From Lama glama (taxonomy: Eukaryota): DNA of 64,000 nt. Location: assembly GCA_028534125.1 (NCBI GenBank), contig CM052832.1:23066001-23130000 (forward strand), given 5' to 3'. Position numbers and translations under genes: made by a program. This document shows, piece after piece, positions 1 through 10,630 of this stretch. The notes beneath the pieces are model-generated. The model searched no databases. It worked only from the letters and a program-made list of their open reading frames with translations, and was not told where the DNA came from. Position 1 is the stretch's first letter; every line of letters begins with the position of its first letter.

Positions 1-916
1 GACTTTTCATAGCATTAACTATCCCAGTCTTACTTCATTATTTAATCTCTATTTGCAAAAAAAATAAAATTCCTAGAGCAGTTATACCAATCCAGATATC
101 ACCAGATATTCTTACATGGCCTTATATATGCTTTTACGTTTGTAGTCTAACACCTAATTAGAATTGTTTTTAACTCTTGCATCCCAGGTTTGGTTCTTAT
201 TACATCTGAAACTGCCAGGTATTTCTGATGTGCATTATTCTGTAAGTATGTGCATACATAAATGTATCTACATATTTTATATAGATACATACATACGTAA
301 AAATACTTACACAACTAATTTCTTAAATATCACATTTGTTATCTATCCATTTATAGTTTATCTTGTCAATTTTGAATTCTTTTTCTAACTATTGAAATCA
401 TTTTGAATCTTGAACCCAAAATCCAAGGGTGCAGCTGGGAGAGGAGATGAGGGTAGGTAGGAAAATAGTCCTTGTATTTTTTGAGTATTGGGCCTAAGAC
501 TCCCCATGGTATTTACCAAGGAAATATTTCTTTAAACCAGCATTATGGATTTCCTCTACAGTGCAAGTAGGCTTCCCACAGATTAGGAAAAAAATGTTTT
601 TTTTTAAGTATTGACTGAATTCTCTGATTTAAAAAAATGTGGTAAATAGGATATACGGAGATAGAAGCCCAGTGGCATTCAGCTAGAGGCCTCTCTCCAG
701 GTAGACATCAATGTCTCTGGCAAAACTATGTATTCAGTTGCTGAGTTGTCTATGAAATCACCTCTCTTCATTACTCTCCATCTCACATTCCTCCATCTAA
801 CCCACAAGAATATTACAAAATACTTTGTTTTTACATGTTGATTCTTGTTTTATTTGGTAGACTCCAGTGGATGCTCATTAACTGAAATAGGGCCTCTCCA
901 AGCTACTTCCTTCTGG

Positions 917-1008
917 GGAGGGAAGGAAGGAAGAAGGAAAGAAAGAAAGAAGGAAGAAGGGAAGGGAGGGAGGAGGGAAGGGGAAAGAGGAAAAAAGAAA
1001 GGAAGAAA
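917..1008 (+). repeat. Purine-rich (GGAA/GAAA) low-complexity tract
   Basis: Run of ggaa/gaaa/ggag units with essentially no pyrimidines. Confidence 0.9.
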
Positions 1009-1369
1009 ATTTACTTCAGCATAGACCCTGGTTAATAACTTGACGTTGGGATTTCAGAATAAGGCAATTGTCTTTAAACAGACACTGGGAGAAACAGGAG
1101 AATTTCTCTCTAGTCAACAACTATGAAGATCTAGTCAGTGGGAAATCAACAATAACTTTCTTCCTAAGGAAGAATAGTGCTTGAAACAATGGCTTCATTA
1201 AATGATGTAAAAGGCAACTATAATATCACTGAGAAAATTTTGCTTTTTTAAAGAAATCAAAATTCAAACAGTGCCAAGAATCTGGTTATGATATATAGAA
1301 AGTTGTCATAGACAATTGCTCCTGCCACAGAAATGAGAAAGAATGCAGAAAAGAGGAACAACGTACCAA

Positions 1370-1725
1370 GGAACAGCTGGAACAAATTGCAAAATGGTAG
1401 ACTTACACTCAGCAATATTTGCATTATATGTAAATGGATTAAACAGTCCAAGTAAAGATAGGAATTTCCAGACTGGATCAAAAAATGACACAATCATATT
1501 CTCTTTACAAGACACACATTATTAAATGTGTAGCACAGATATGAGACTCTTAGGTTTACAGTAAGATAACAGAAAAAGCTATACCATGCAATTAATAATC
1601 TTAAAGTGTAGCTATATTATTATCAGCAAAGAAGACACCAAGACAAAAAATATCACCAAAAGTCAAGGTCAGGAGGACATAATTCTAGGCACAAATGCAC
1701 CTAGCAACATAACTTCAAAATACTC
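1370..1725 (+). mobile_element. Old L1M fragment, start of ORF2 (APE endonuclease)
   Basis: ORF 1343..1525 reads LYVNGLNSPSKDR...IIFSLQDTH, matching the L1 ORF2 N-terminus LNVNGLNSPIKR...ICCLQETH; degraded downstream. Confidence 0.8.
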
Positions 1726-1894
1726 CTTAACAGATGCTCAGAAGCCACTTTCTGACACTTAATTTTCTGTTAGTGGGGTATAGAATAATCAGTGTAGGAC
1801 TCTCTCTTCAACATATTTTTATTGGTATTAACATATTTCATAACATGAAGTATCCCAGGGAAGGTGCCTCACCCATCTTTGACAATAATATTGG

Positions 1895-2120
1895 TAATGA
1901 TAATGGTAGTAACAGCAATGACTGCTCCTGCTGTTTGAATGCTTCCTTATCTTCCAGGTACTATGCCAAGAAGTATTCCTACTTTTTCCATGAAGATGCT
2001 ATTCTTGTTTCCCAATTTCAAAGATGAGGAAAGTAAAGATTACAAACAAGTTAAGAGGATTTTCAAATGGTCATATTACTAACAGATGACTAGGCCACGA
2101 CTTGAAGCTTCTAATTGCTC
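1895..2120 (-). mobile_element. MIR SINE (degraded)
   Basis: 'cccaatttcaaagatgaggaaagtaaagat...gttaag' matches the reverse MIR core. Confidence 0.6.
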
Positions 2121-3193
2121 ACACTGACATCTGACAGTCAAATATTCTAATGAACCAATAGGTTTTCTCTTTCTAAGAACTACTTAAATAATTCAGTCAT
2201 TTGATCTGAGATAGAGAAGAAGAAAAAAAAAGTTGCAGAATGGGAACTCTGGAAGAGAGCAGGTGAAATAAACTAAGATTAGAAAATGTGAGATACAGTC
2301 TATGAATTTCTGAGACTAAGGAGGAATTAAATCATCAGGGTGGTGCAAAGATAGGTGAGAATCACAAAAATAAATAATTTTGCCTTAGGTCAATGTTCTC
2401 AATATTTAGATAGCAACCACTATCAGTACAATAGCAGCACCTTTGATTACTGAGTAAGACTTCCCTTGAGATATAGTATATGTGCCATTTTAGGATGTTG
2501 AAAGAGAAGTGAAACCCTTTCTTAATACTGAATTGTGGAGAGAATTGTGGTTGAGTATAGAAACACGTGTACTTATTACCATCTCCCAAACCCTGGTAAA
2601 ATGACAAAAGTAGGATTATTTTTTTAAAGTAAAAATCCTCACAGACAAAGAGAATGGGAAGAAGACAACAGCAAAGTAGAATCGACCAATTTTCAAAAGA
2701 TAGAAAATGGATTCAGGAATAATGTTGACTTAAATCAGAGCAAAGAAAGCACAAACCTATGGGCCCCAAGAGGGTAATATCAATGAGAAGCACATTGTTT
2801 CATCCTCAAAGAAGCTTTAAAAGGTTCAGAAGTTGGAAAATACGTTATTACACAACATGAAGGTTAAGTTTGGAGGTAAGAAAAAGGGAAGCGGACTTTT
2901 TAAATATGCATACGAAGAAGTTAAACTCTCAGGTTCCCTCTTCCACCTCATACTTTAAAGAAGCTGCCCGTGTCCTATTCTTATAGCGGAATAAGTCTCT
3001 TTACCAAAGAAATTGAACCAGAAATGCCCCACCTTGAAAACATCAGGCACAACTAAAAGCAAGGGTAAGCTGCTAGACGGAAAAAAAGGAGAGACTAAAT
3101 CTGTTTACTGAAAAGGTGACACAAGCCTGACAATCCCTCCCTCCAGCCAGTTGCCAGAATGCCTGCAGACTGGATAACAAGTCCTTGGGCACT

Positions 3194-3730
3194 GGGGCTG
3201 ACAACGTTCCAAAATGCTCCGAATAACCCCTGTCTCCTGGCACTCACATTCTATGTAATAGCCTCCCCTGTATGTCGGCTGGACCCAGTGACTCACTTCT
3301 AATAAATAAAATATGGCAAAAGGAATGGAAAGACTAGGTTATAAAAGACTGTGATTCTCATCTTGCTGGCCTGCTCTTTCTTGTCTTCTTGGCCTGCTCG
3401 CTTTAATGAAGTAACTCATCATGTGGAGAGACTCAAGTGGCACGAACCAGGGCAGCCAACAGACATCAAGGAACTGAGGTGTTCCGTCCAACAACCCATG
3501 AGGGAGTGAATCTTAACAACCACCTCATAATTGAGCTTGGAAGCAGATCCTTCCCCAGTGGAGTCTTGAGATATCAATAGCCCTAGCTGACACGTTGTTT
3601 GCAGACCCTGAAACAGAGGGAGCCAGGAAGCCATGCCCAGATTCCCGACATACAGAGACAGTGTAATAAGTGTTGTTTCAAGCCACAATATTTTGAGGTA
3701 GTTTTATGCGGCAATAGATAACTTAATATA
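3194..3730 (+). mobile_element. MaLR solo LTR, MLT1F-like
   Basis: 'ggctggacccagtgactcacttctaataaataaaatatggcaaaag', 'gagcttggaagcagatccttccccagtggagtcttgagat' and terminal 'gcaatagataacttaatata' are MLT1 hallmarks. Confidence 0.85.
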
Positions 3731-4079
3731 GGCATTTTGGAACATCTGTCTATCAAAAAATTGAGTGACCAAGAAAATAGAAATGGACATTTGATAGACT
3801 CTCAAGAATTAAAAAAAACCCTGATCACCTTACAATAAAGTCCACGAGCCAATAAATTCTGCACACTGATCTACCATATAACTCTCTAACATGAACAGGC
3901 AGCCAAGGATCACCAGACGTTGAGATAAAGCTCTGACATGGAAGGCAAGCTAAAGCAAATACATAAAAGAAAGAAACTTTAATGAAATAGGAACAACTCA
4001 GAAGGTAGGTGAAAAGTGAAGCTACAAACAAACTAAAATTACTATTCTCCGAAAGATTAAAAAAAACACATCTATGAAA

Positions 4080-4232
4080 CAAGAAGAGAGTGCTAGAAGA
4101 AGAGGAAAAGGAAGAGGATCAGGAGGAAGAAGCAAAGAGGGGAGGAGGAGGTAGGGGGAGAAGAAGAAGGAGAAGGAAGAATGGAGAAGGGAGGAGGGGA
4201 GAAGGGAGGCGGAAAGGAAAGAAGACAAGCAA
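4080..4232 (+). repeat. GA-rich low-complexity tract
   Basis: gaa/gga/ggg repeats; produces the spurious E/G/R-rich ORF 4090..4281. Confidence 0.9.
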
Positions 4233-5954
4233 AATAAAAATGACTGCTGAAATAGAAAACTTAATAGGATTGAAAATATAATTGAGGAAAAATTTCAAAC
4301 TATAAAACAAAAGAGAGAAATGTGTAATATGAGATAGAAGGTAAACACACACACACACAAAAGACAATCAATCAGTCCAGAAAGTTTAGTATCTAACTAA
4401 CAAGAGTTCCAGAAAGAAATACAAAATGAGGGGTTAATTTTTAAATGATAATAAATTAAACTTTCCCAGACTGGAAAACATGCTTCTCCAGACTGAAAAA
4501 GTCCCACTGAGAGCTCAGAAAAATGATAAAAAAGAAACCACAGTAAGATATATAATCATGACATTTCAGAATATCAGAGATGAAAAGAAAAATCTAATGC
4601 TTTCCTGGGAGAGCAGATATAGATCATTTGCAAACAATCTGGAATAAAAACAGCACTGGAGTTTTCAAAAGAAACATTAGAAGCAAAAAGACAAGGGAAC
4701 AATGACTTCAGAATTCTGTGGGAAACTACTTTTCAACCAAAATTCTATACCTAGCCAACCAATTGACTATGAGAGCAGAATAAACTGATATGCAAGGTCT
4801 AAAAAAGTTGTACGCATAGTACTCTGGTATAGAAAGCTATTGAAAGTTGTGCAGTAACAAAATGGGGGAATAGGTCAATAGGAAAAGAGGACCCAGGTAA
4901 AGGGAAATTCAGTACAGAAGAATGGATAAAATAATCTCCAGATGTGCCAAGACAATAGTTGTACAGCGAATCTAGAAATGTTACCAGTTCCTGGTAAATG
5001 TGCCTAGTCTGGGGCAAGTGGATTAAGGGCTCCAAAAGAGAAAATGCAGGATCTAGCAGTTCACCTGATAACTGTATTAAGCAGCTGCTGGAGAGATGAA
5101 AAAAAGCTGTTGAATGCATGAGAAGAATTAGAATTTGTTTCATACAAATTAAGCAAATAAAAAATTTGAGACAATTTTAAACGGCAAGGAAAAAAGTTTT
5201 AGAAGGAAAAAAAGCTTGGCCATAAAATACTATATGACTTAGCAGTGAACAATAGTTCATGAAATATGATGTTATTTCATAATTACAAAATATATACTCA
5301 AAAAATATTTTAATCAAAAACTTGGAAAGAAGGTATAGGAAATACAGTGAGGAGAGAGGTAGGTCCTCAAATACCATAAAAGGGATTTGATAAAATACTA
5401 CTAAAAATGATGAAGAATGAAATGGTAGTATAGGGATATCCTTCGTGGTGTGGAATGGAATCATCCATAAGATAAAGATAAGCGGAAGCAGTTTTCCATG
5501 AGAAGTGAGACAGGCAGAGGGAAGTACTAGCGTTCTTCATTATGAGCCTTTCATTTGCCTTTAACAATATGCACATATTACCTTAATTAAAAAGAACTTT
5601 AAAAACAAGCAAAACAGAATTACATAAATCTGTTTTTCTCAAAGGATGTTCCTAATCTACAATTAAATGAAAAAGCCATGCTGTGTATTAATGTATGTGG
5701 TAAACTTCCTAATTTTCACAAAACCAAAAAGCAGTAAGTACACTTCACATGTGTATAAGTGAGAGTAAAGACAATGTTAAACAAACATGTTCATGTCGAT
5801 TCTGATGTATTTGCAAGAAGTAGGATTGGAGTTGAGGAGAAGGGAGATTGCTAATTTCCATGCAAACCTTTAAACTTTGACTTGTCATAAATGTTCAACT
5901 TAAAAACTTAATCATTTGGATACTGAACTAGAAATGCTTTTTGCTTTTTTTTTT

Positions 5955-6320
5955 TTTTACTGTAAAGAACATTAGTGGGACAAATGGTGAAATTTGAATG
6001 TATAGATTAGATTAAAATACTACATCAAGGTTAAATCCCTGATTTTGATAATTATGCTTTTATTCTGTAAGAGAATGTCCTTGCTTTAGGAAGTGTTTAG
6101 GGTTAAAAGGAGCTTTATGTCAGCAACTTATTCTCAATCTACCCTGAAAAAAAATACACATACAAATAAAGAGAGAAATCAATACAGAGAGAGAGAAAAA
6201 GCAGATGTGTTAACATTTGGGAGAATCTGGATTAAGAGTTTAAGAGAATTATTTGTACTATTTTTGCAATGTTTTATACATATAAAGTTATTTAAAAATG
6301 AAAAGTAAAAAAAAAAAATT
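5955..6320 (+). mobile_element. L1MC/L1ME-type 3' UTR with A tail
   Basis: 'gggacaaatggtgaaatttgaat', 'cctgattttgataatt', 'tttgtactatttttgcaa', then an A run at 6307-6318. Confidence 0.75.
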
Positions 6321-7039
6321 AACCATGTACAAAACAGAGCCAAGTTACTCCCAAAGATACAACCTTGAGATTAGGACAAAAATACTTTCTGTCATAGTGT
6401 TATTAACAAGGTTCCACCATCAGATATTCATTACAGAAATCATTTAGGAGCCAAGAGATATTATACCTGTGTTCTTCCTGAGACAGAAGGAAGTTAAAAT
6501 GACAAATAAGACTCACCACCCTGGAGTGGCTTAAAGAAAATGCACTATAATTGTTTTAGAAAGAATTATTTAGAAAGGAAAGTATTTTTTTGCTCTGTCT
6601 CTCATATTGCATCTATATCAGACAAGTTGATCTTATTAAAGATAATTGAAATGGGATTTTAAAGCATACTTTTTTAGATGCTTTAAGAACCCTGAATAAA
6701 TTGAAATGGAGCCAGTTCCCCAAGATACATACTTGGAGTAATTGTTTTTTAACTTCATTGAAGGCATTTCTGAATTAGGTCAGAGTTTTTTGTGGGTTAA
6801 CATTCTCTATTATTTCACTCTTCCTCAAGGACAGACACTGATTACTAGGCTAAATTTAAGGATAGCCAAATTGTACTGGGTGGTAAGCTCTGTTTAATTG
6901 CTCCTCAAATCTACCCTCTGAAAACTGAAGTCCTTTTATTAAAAATCTAGATAGTCACCTATAGGTATAGATTCTGTTACAACCTGCTTCTTTTGGTGTT
7001 GCTTTATTCATATACACAATAAATATGTGTGGGAAGTGC

Positions 7040-7155
7040 AATTACTTAGCTGGGTCATTGAGGAAAGTCACTTTGTTTCTCTGGACATTACTTTTCCTCA
7101 TAATTAACAAAAGCAGTCGGTTAGATGACTTCAAGTTTCTTTTCAACTCTAAGAA
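7040..7155 (+). mobile_element. MIR3-like fragment
   Basis: 'acttagctgggtcattgaggaaagtcactt...ttagatgacttcaagtttctttcaactctaaga'. Confidence 0.55.
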
Positions 7156-7159
7156 TACT

Positions 7160-7568
7160 GGTATTAGTCAGTGTTCTCCAGAGAAACACAACCACTAGGA
7201 TGAAGAGATAGAGAAAGAGATTGATTTTAAGAAATTGGCTAGGACAATCATGGAGGTGCCAATCCAAAATCTGCAGAGTAGGTTGGCATGACAGAGAACC
7301 AGGGAAGAGTTGCAGTCTGAGTCCAATGGCAGCCTGCTGGCAGAACCTCTTTTCAGTTGGGAGAGGTCAGTCTTAGTTCTAGTAAGGCCTTCAACTGATG
7401 GCATGAGACCCACGCACATTGTGGAGGGCAATCAGCCTCACTCAACGTCCACCACTTTAAATGTTAATCTCATCCAAAAAACACCTTCACAGAAACATCC
7501 AGAATATTTGACCAAATATCTGGGCACCATGGCCTGCCAAGTTACACCTAAAATTAACTTCCATAATA
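7160..7568 (-). mobile_element. ERVL solo LTR, MLT2-type
   Basis: Starts 'gtattagtcagtgttctccagagaaaca'; contains 'aggccttcaactgat...gagacccacgcacatt' and 'aaatgttaatctcatccaaaaaacaccttcacagaaaca'. Confidence 0.9.
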
Positions 7569-8934
7569 CTTTATGTTGTACAGATAATTTTTTTTAAAAT
7601 CAAAAACAATGTGAGAAGCACTGTTACATTTCTTCCATAAGAAAACCTAAGGACTCCATCACAACCCCTGGGAAAACATCATAGTTTTTAAACAACTGTG
7701 ATGTTATGAGTGTGTTTGAGCCATGGCACAGAGTGAAATTAACTCCTAAACAGCATTTTCAATTACCAACAGGACATGTTATACAATATCAAAATACAGT
7801 GACTTCAAACAAAAGATACTGAATCCTACTGTTGAATCCACTTCACATTTACTAAAGATGTTCTCTAGATCTGAAAAGAATTCAGAGGCCTATCACTATC
7901 TGTCTTTTCTTTACAGAACTGATACAGAAACTTTCTTAGTAGGATTCCAACCCACCATTTCAGTGTTGTGATATCATATTTGGAGTGAATGTAACCCACA
8001 GGAGTGCTCTCACCACAATAGAAGGAATTCTTTATCTCAGCAATAAAAATGCATTAACTAGTAATCATGTTATCACTTATTAAAAAATAGTTTTGATGTA
8101 AAAGAGCAATAGCAATGTTATATTAATACTACCAAAGAAAAATACAAATCTCTTTTATTTGTCTTTTGACTATTTTTCTTCCATAGGTTCTAATACCTTG
8201 GGATGTGGATCCATCTATAAAGCAAGCAACAGCCAGGCCTTCACCAGTATTCCCTCATTATTGCGAAATGACTCTGACCAAATTCCATTTTAACCACTGC
8301 AGTGCCCGGCGAGAAAATGTAAGTGAAATTAAAAGCTACAGCTTGAGAACATCGCACTCTCTGGTCTGTATGACACTTATTTAGTAGTCATTTGCTCACA
8401 CGTGAACCTGAGGACTTTGGTCATAAAGGCAAGAAAGAACCCCTGTGGTGATCTGGTTTTATCAAGATTAAGTTTCTCGTGACTAAAATGAGTTGAAGAG
8501 TGATCTTCAGAAAGCCTTTAGCCTGTAACTCCTCAGACTAGTTTGAATGAAGGCCGTGGACCTAAGTGTTGAACTGCCATCCCATGTGTTCCTTAGCAGG
8601 GCTGAGTCTAGTTGTTGAACATGGAGTGGCAGTTTAAGGAAGGAAAAACCTGGTGGGCCTTGTTAATGATAGCCTCTAACCTCTCCTCAGCAGCCCCATA
8701 TGCCCGACTCTCCAGACTGAGTGAAAACAAGTCACTCATGTAAGTTTGAAACTCCTCCTTGTGTGTTGTGGTGTATCAGTGGGCGCCTTCCCAAGATGCA
8801 GCTGTTCTAGGATCCGGTCCCTTGCAGGGGGCTTTTGCATAAGAAGGCACAGCCTAGATGTCCTAAACCATTTTTTGCTAAGCCTCAGCTCTCCACAAAT
8901 CAGATCTGATGACAGATTGTCAAGTTCAGCAATA

Positions 8935-9035
8935 TGGCATGTGCAGTATATACATTCATCAAATTATGATGTTGTACACCTTGGACTAATATAATGTTAC
9001 ATGTTAATTATATCTCAATCAGACTGGGGGGGAAA
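8935..9035 (+). mobile_element. Short L1 3'-end fragment
   Basis: 'tgttgtacaccttggactaatataatgttacatgttaattatatctcaat' matches an L1MA9-type terminus. Confidence 0.6.
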
Positions 9036-9135
9036 TGGTATGACATCCATGTTCCCACACATTAAGAAAGATTGTTTGTCTGCAGTTTCAAGGGCAAAAG
9101 AGGTCATTATGGCCAACACTAAAATGGAATGGTTT

Positions 9136-9274
9136 AGGCCTTTGCCAAGAACCCAACAATACCAGCACCCTGATTTTGGACTTCCAGACTCTAGAACTAC
9201 GAAGAAGAAATGTTTGTTGTTTATGGCACTCAGAGTATGTTATCATGTTATAGCGGCCAGAACAGACTAAGACA
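9136..9274 (+). mobile_element. MLT1A/B 3' fragment
   Basis: 'gcaccctgattttggacttccagactctagaact...gttatagcggccagaacagactaagaca'. Confidence 0.8.
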
Positions 9275-10548
9275 AGAATGAACTGGAAATTAGGATAACT
9301 GTCATTAATAAAATGTAATTAGAAAAAAAATGGAATGGTTTAAAGGACATGAAAAAGTTCTTCAAATTGACAAAAGTACACAATAAAGGAGTGCAGTTGT
9401 AAGCAAACTCAGGGGGAACAAGAAGAAAGCTGGTGCCACCCCATTCTTTTCTTGAGGTGCTAACTGGAAGAAGAGGATAAAATGAATCCTCTCCTTCATG
9501 CCCATCGTAGAAAAGGAGAGTGCCAAATGAGAAGCTGGCCAAGGGCCCAGGTCAAGAAAGACCCTTGAAGTAGCCCTAACCATTTCTGTCCCAAGCATGA
9601 GTGCAGAGAAGGTGTTCTGGGCCTACAGACCCCAGAGATTCCCCAAATCCCCCAGAATACTAGGAAATACCTGTGACATCCAATGATGTTCCAGCTTCCC
9701 ATTTGGACCCCTTGATATGGAATACTCAGCGAGACAGGAGGTTAAAGTTCTCTCAATTAATAAAGTAGGGGCTCTCTCTTAACCACTTCATAGGGACATT
9801 ATGACGGGCTAAAAAAATATATGTTTTTACACATACAGCTAGACTGGTCATTGAAAAATAAAAGCTTCAGGTATGTATGGTGTTGTGACAGAGACACAAG
9901 ACACACTGCCTTTCTCCCTGGACTACTTTCAGTCTTAGTCAGAAGTGCTTCCTAACAAAACAAAACACACTTCAGCTTCAGGACGTGCACTCCTCTTCCA
10001 CTGTGTTGAGGTTGGTACTCAGAAATTAATTTCTGATGAGCAGATGTGGGTCTTCAAAAGATGTATTAGTTGCATTTGGGCCAGTAAAAAGTATTCAGAT
10101 GGCAACTGCTTTGCACAACCAACATGGTTCCTGTTAAACAAAAACCATCACTAAAAATCTCAGATTCTTTCAAACAAAATGGTCAAACAAAGTCTGCTTC
10201 ATGTCCAAGGAAAAAGGTGGTCACAGATTTTATTTAACTCCTGCTTCTATGGGAAATAAAAAGCAACAAACCTAAGAAGCAAACTCTTGGAAAACTGCTG
10301 ATCAAAGACAATTCAGTGTCACAACACAGTTGCTCAAGGAACACAAATTTTCCTGTGATTTTTTTTACAATAACATCTGTAATTATTATTAATTATATGG
10401 CACTTGACAAGGTACTCAGCAGTGTATTAAACGTTTACTCTCCCTGATGGGTTTACAATCTATAAAAATATGTTAATTTAATTCTTCCAACATTTACTTT
10501 GCCAGCCCCTCCCCTCTTCACCTTCACTGTCACCCCAATACCTTCTTT

Positions 10549-10549
10549 A

Positions 10550-10602
<53 letters not shown>

Positions 10603-10630
10603 ATATATATGCATATATATATATGTATAT
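10549..10630. repeat. Compound (TG)n(TA)n microsatellite
   Basis: Alternating TG and TA blocks seen directly. Confidence 0.95.

Larger units (their letters stand above)
2580..5605 (+). mobile_element. HAL1 (half-L1)-like element, interrupted by an MLT1 LTR and a purine tract
   Basis: A-rich strand with ORF1-like segments (4380-4800: 'ctaacaagagttccagaaaga', 'ttttcaaccaaaattctatacctagccaa') followed by a HAL1-type 3' region (4890-5600) rather than ORF2. Confidence 0.6.
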
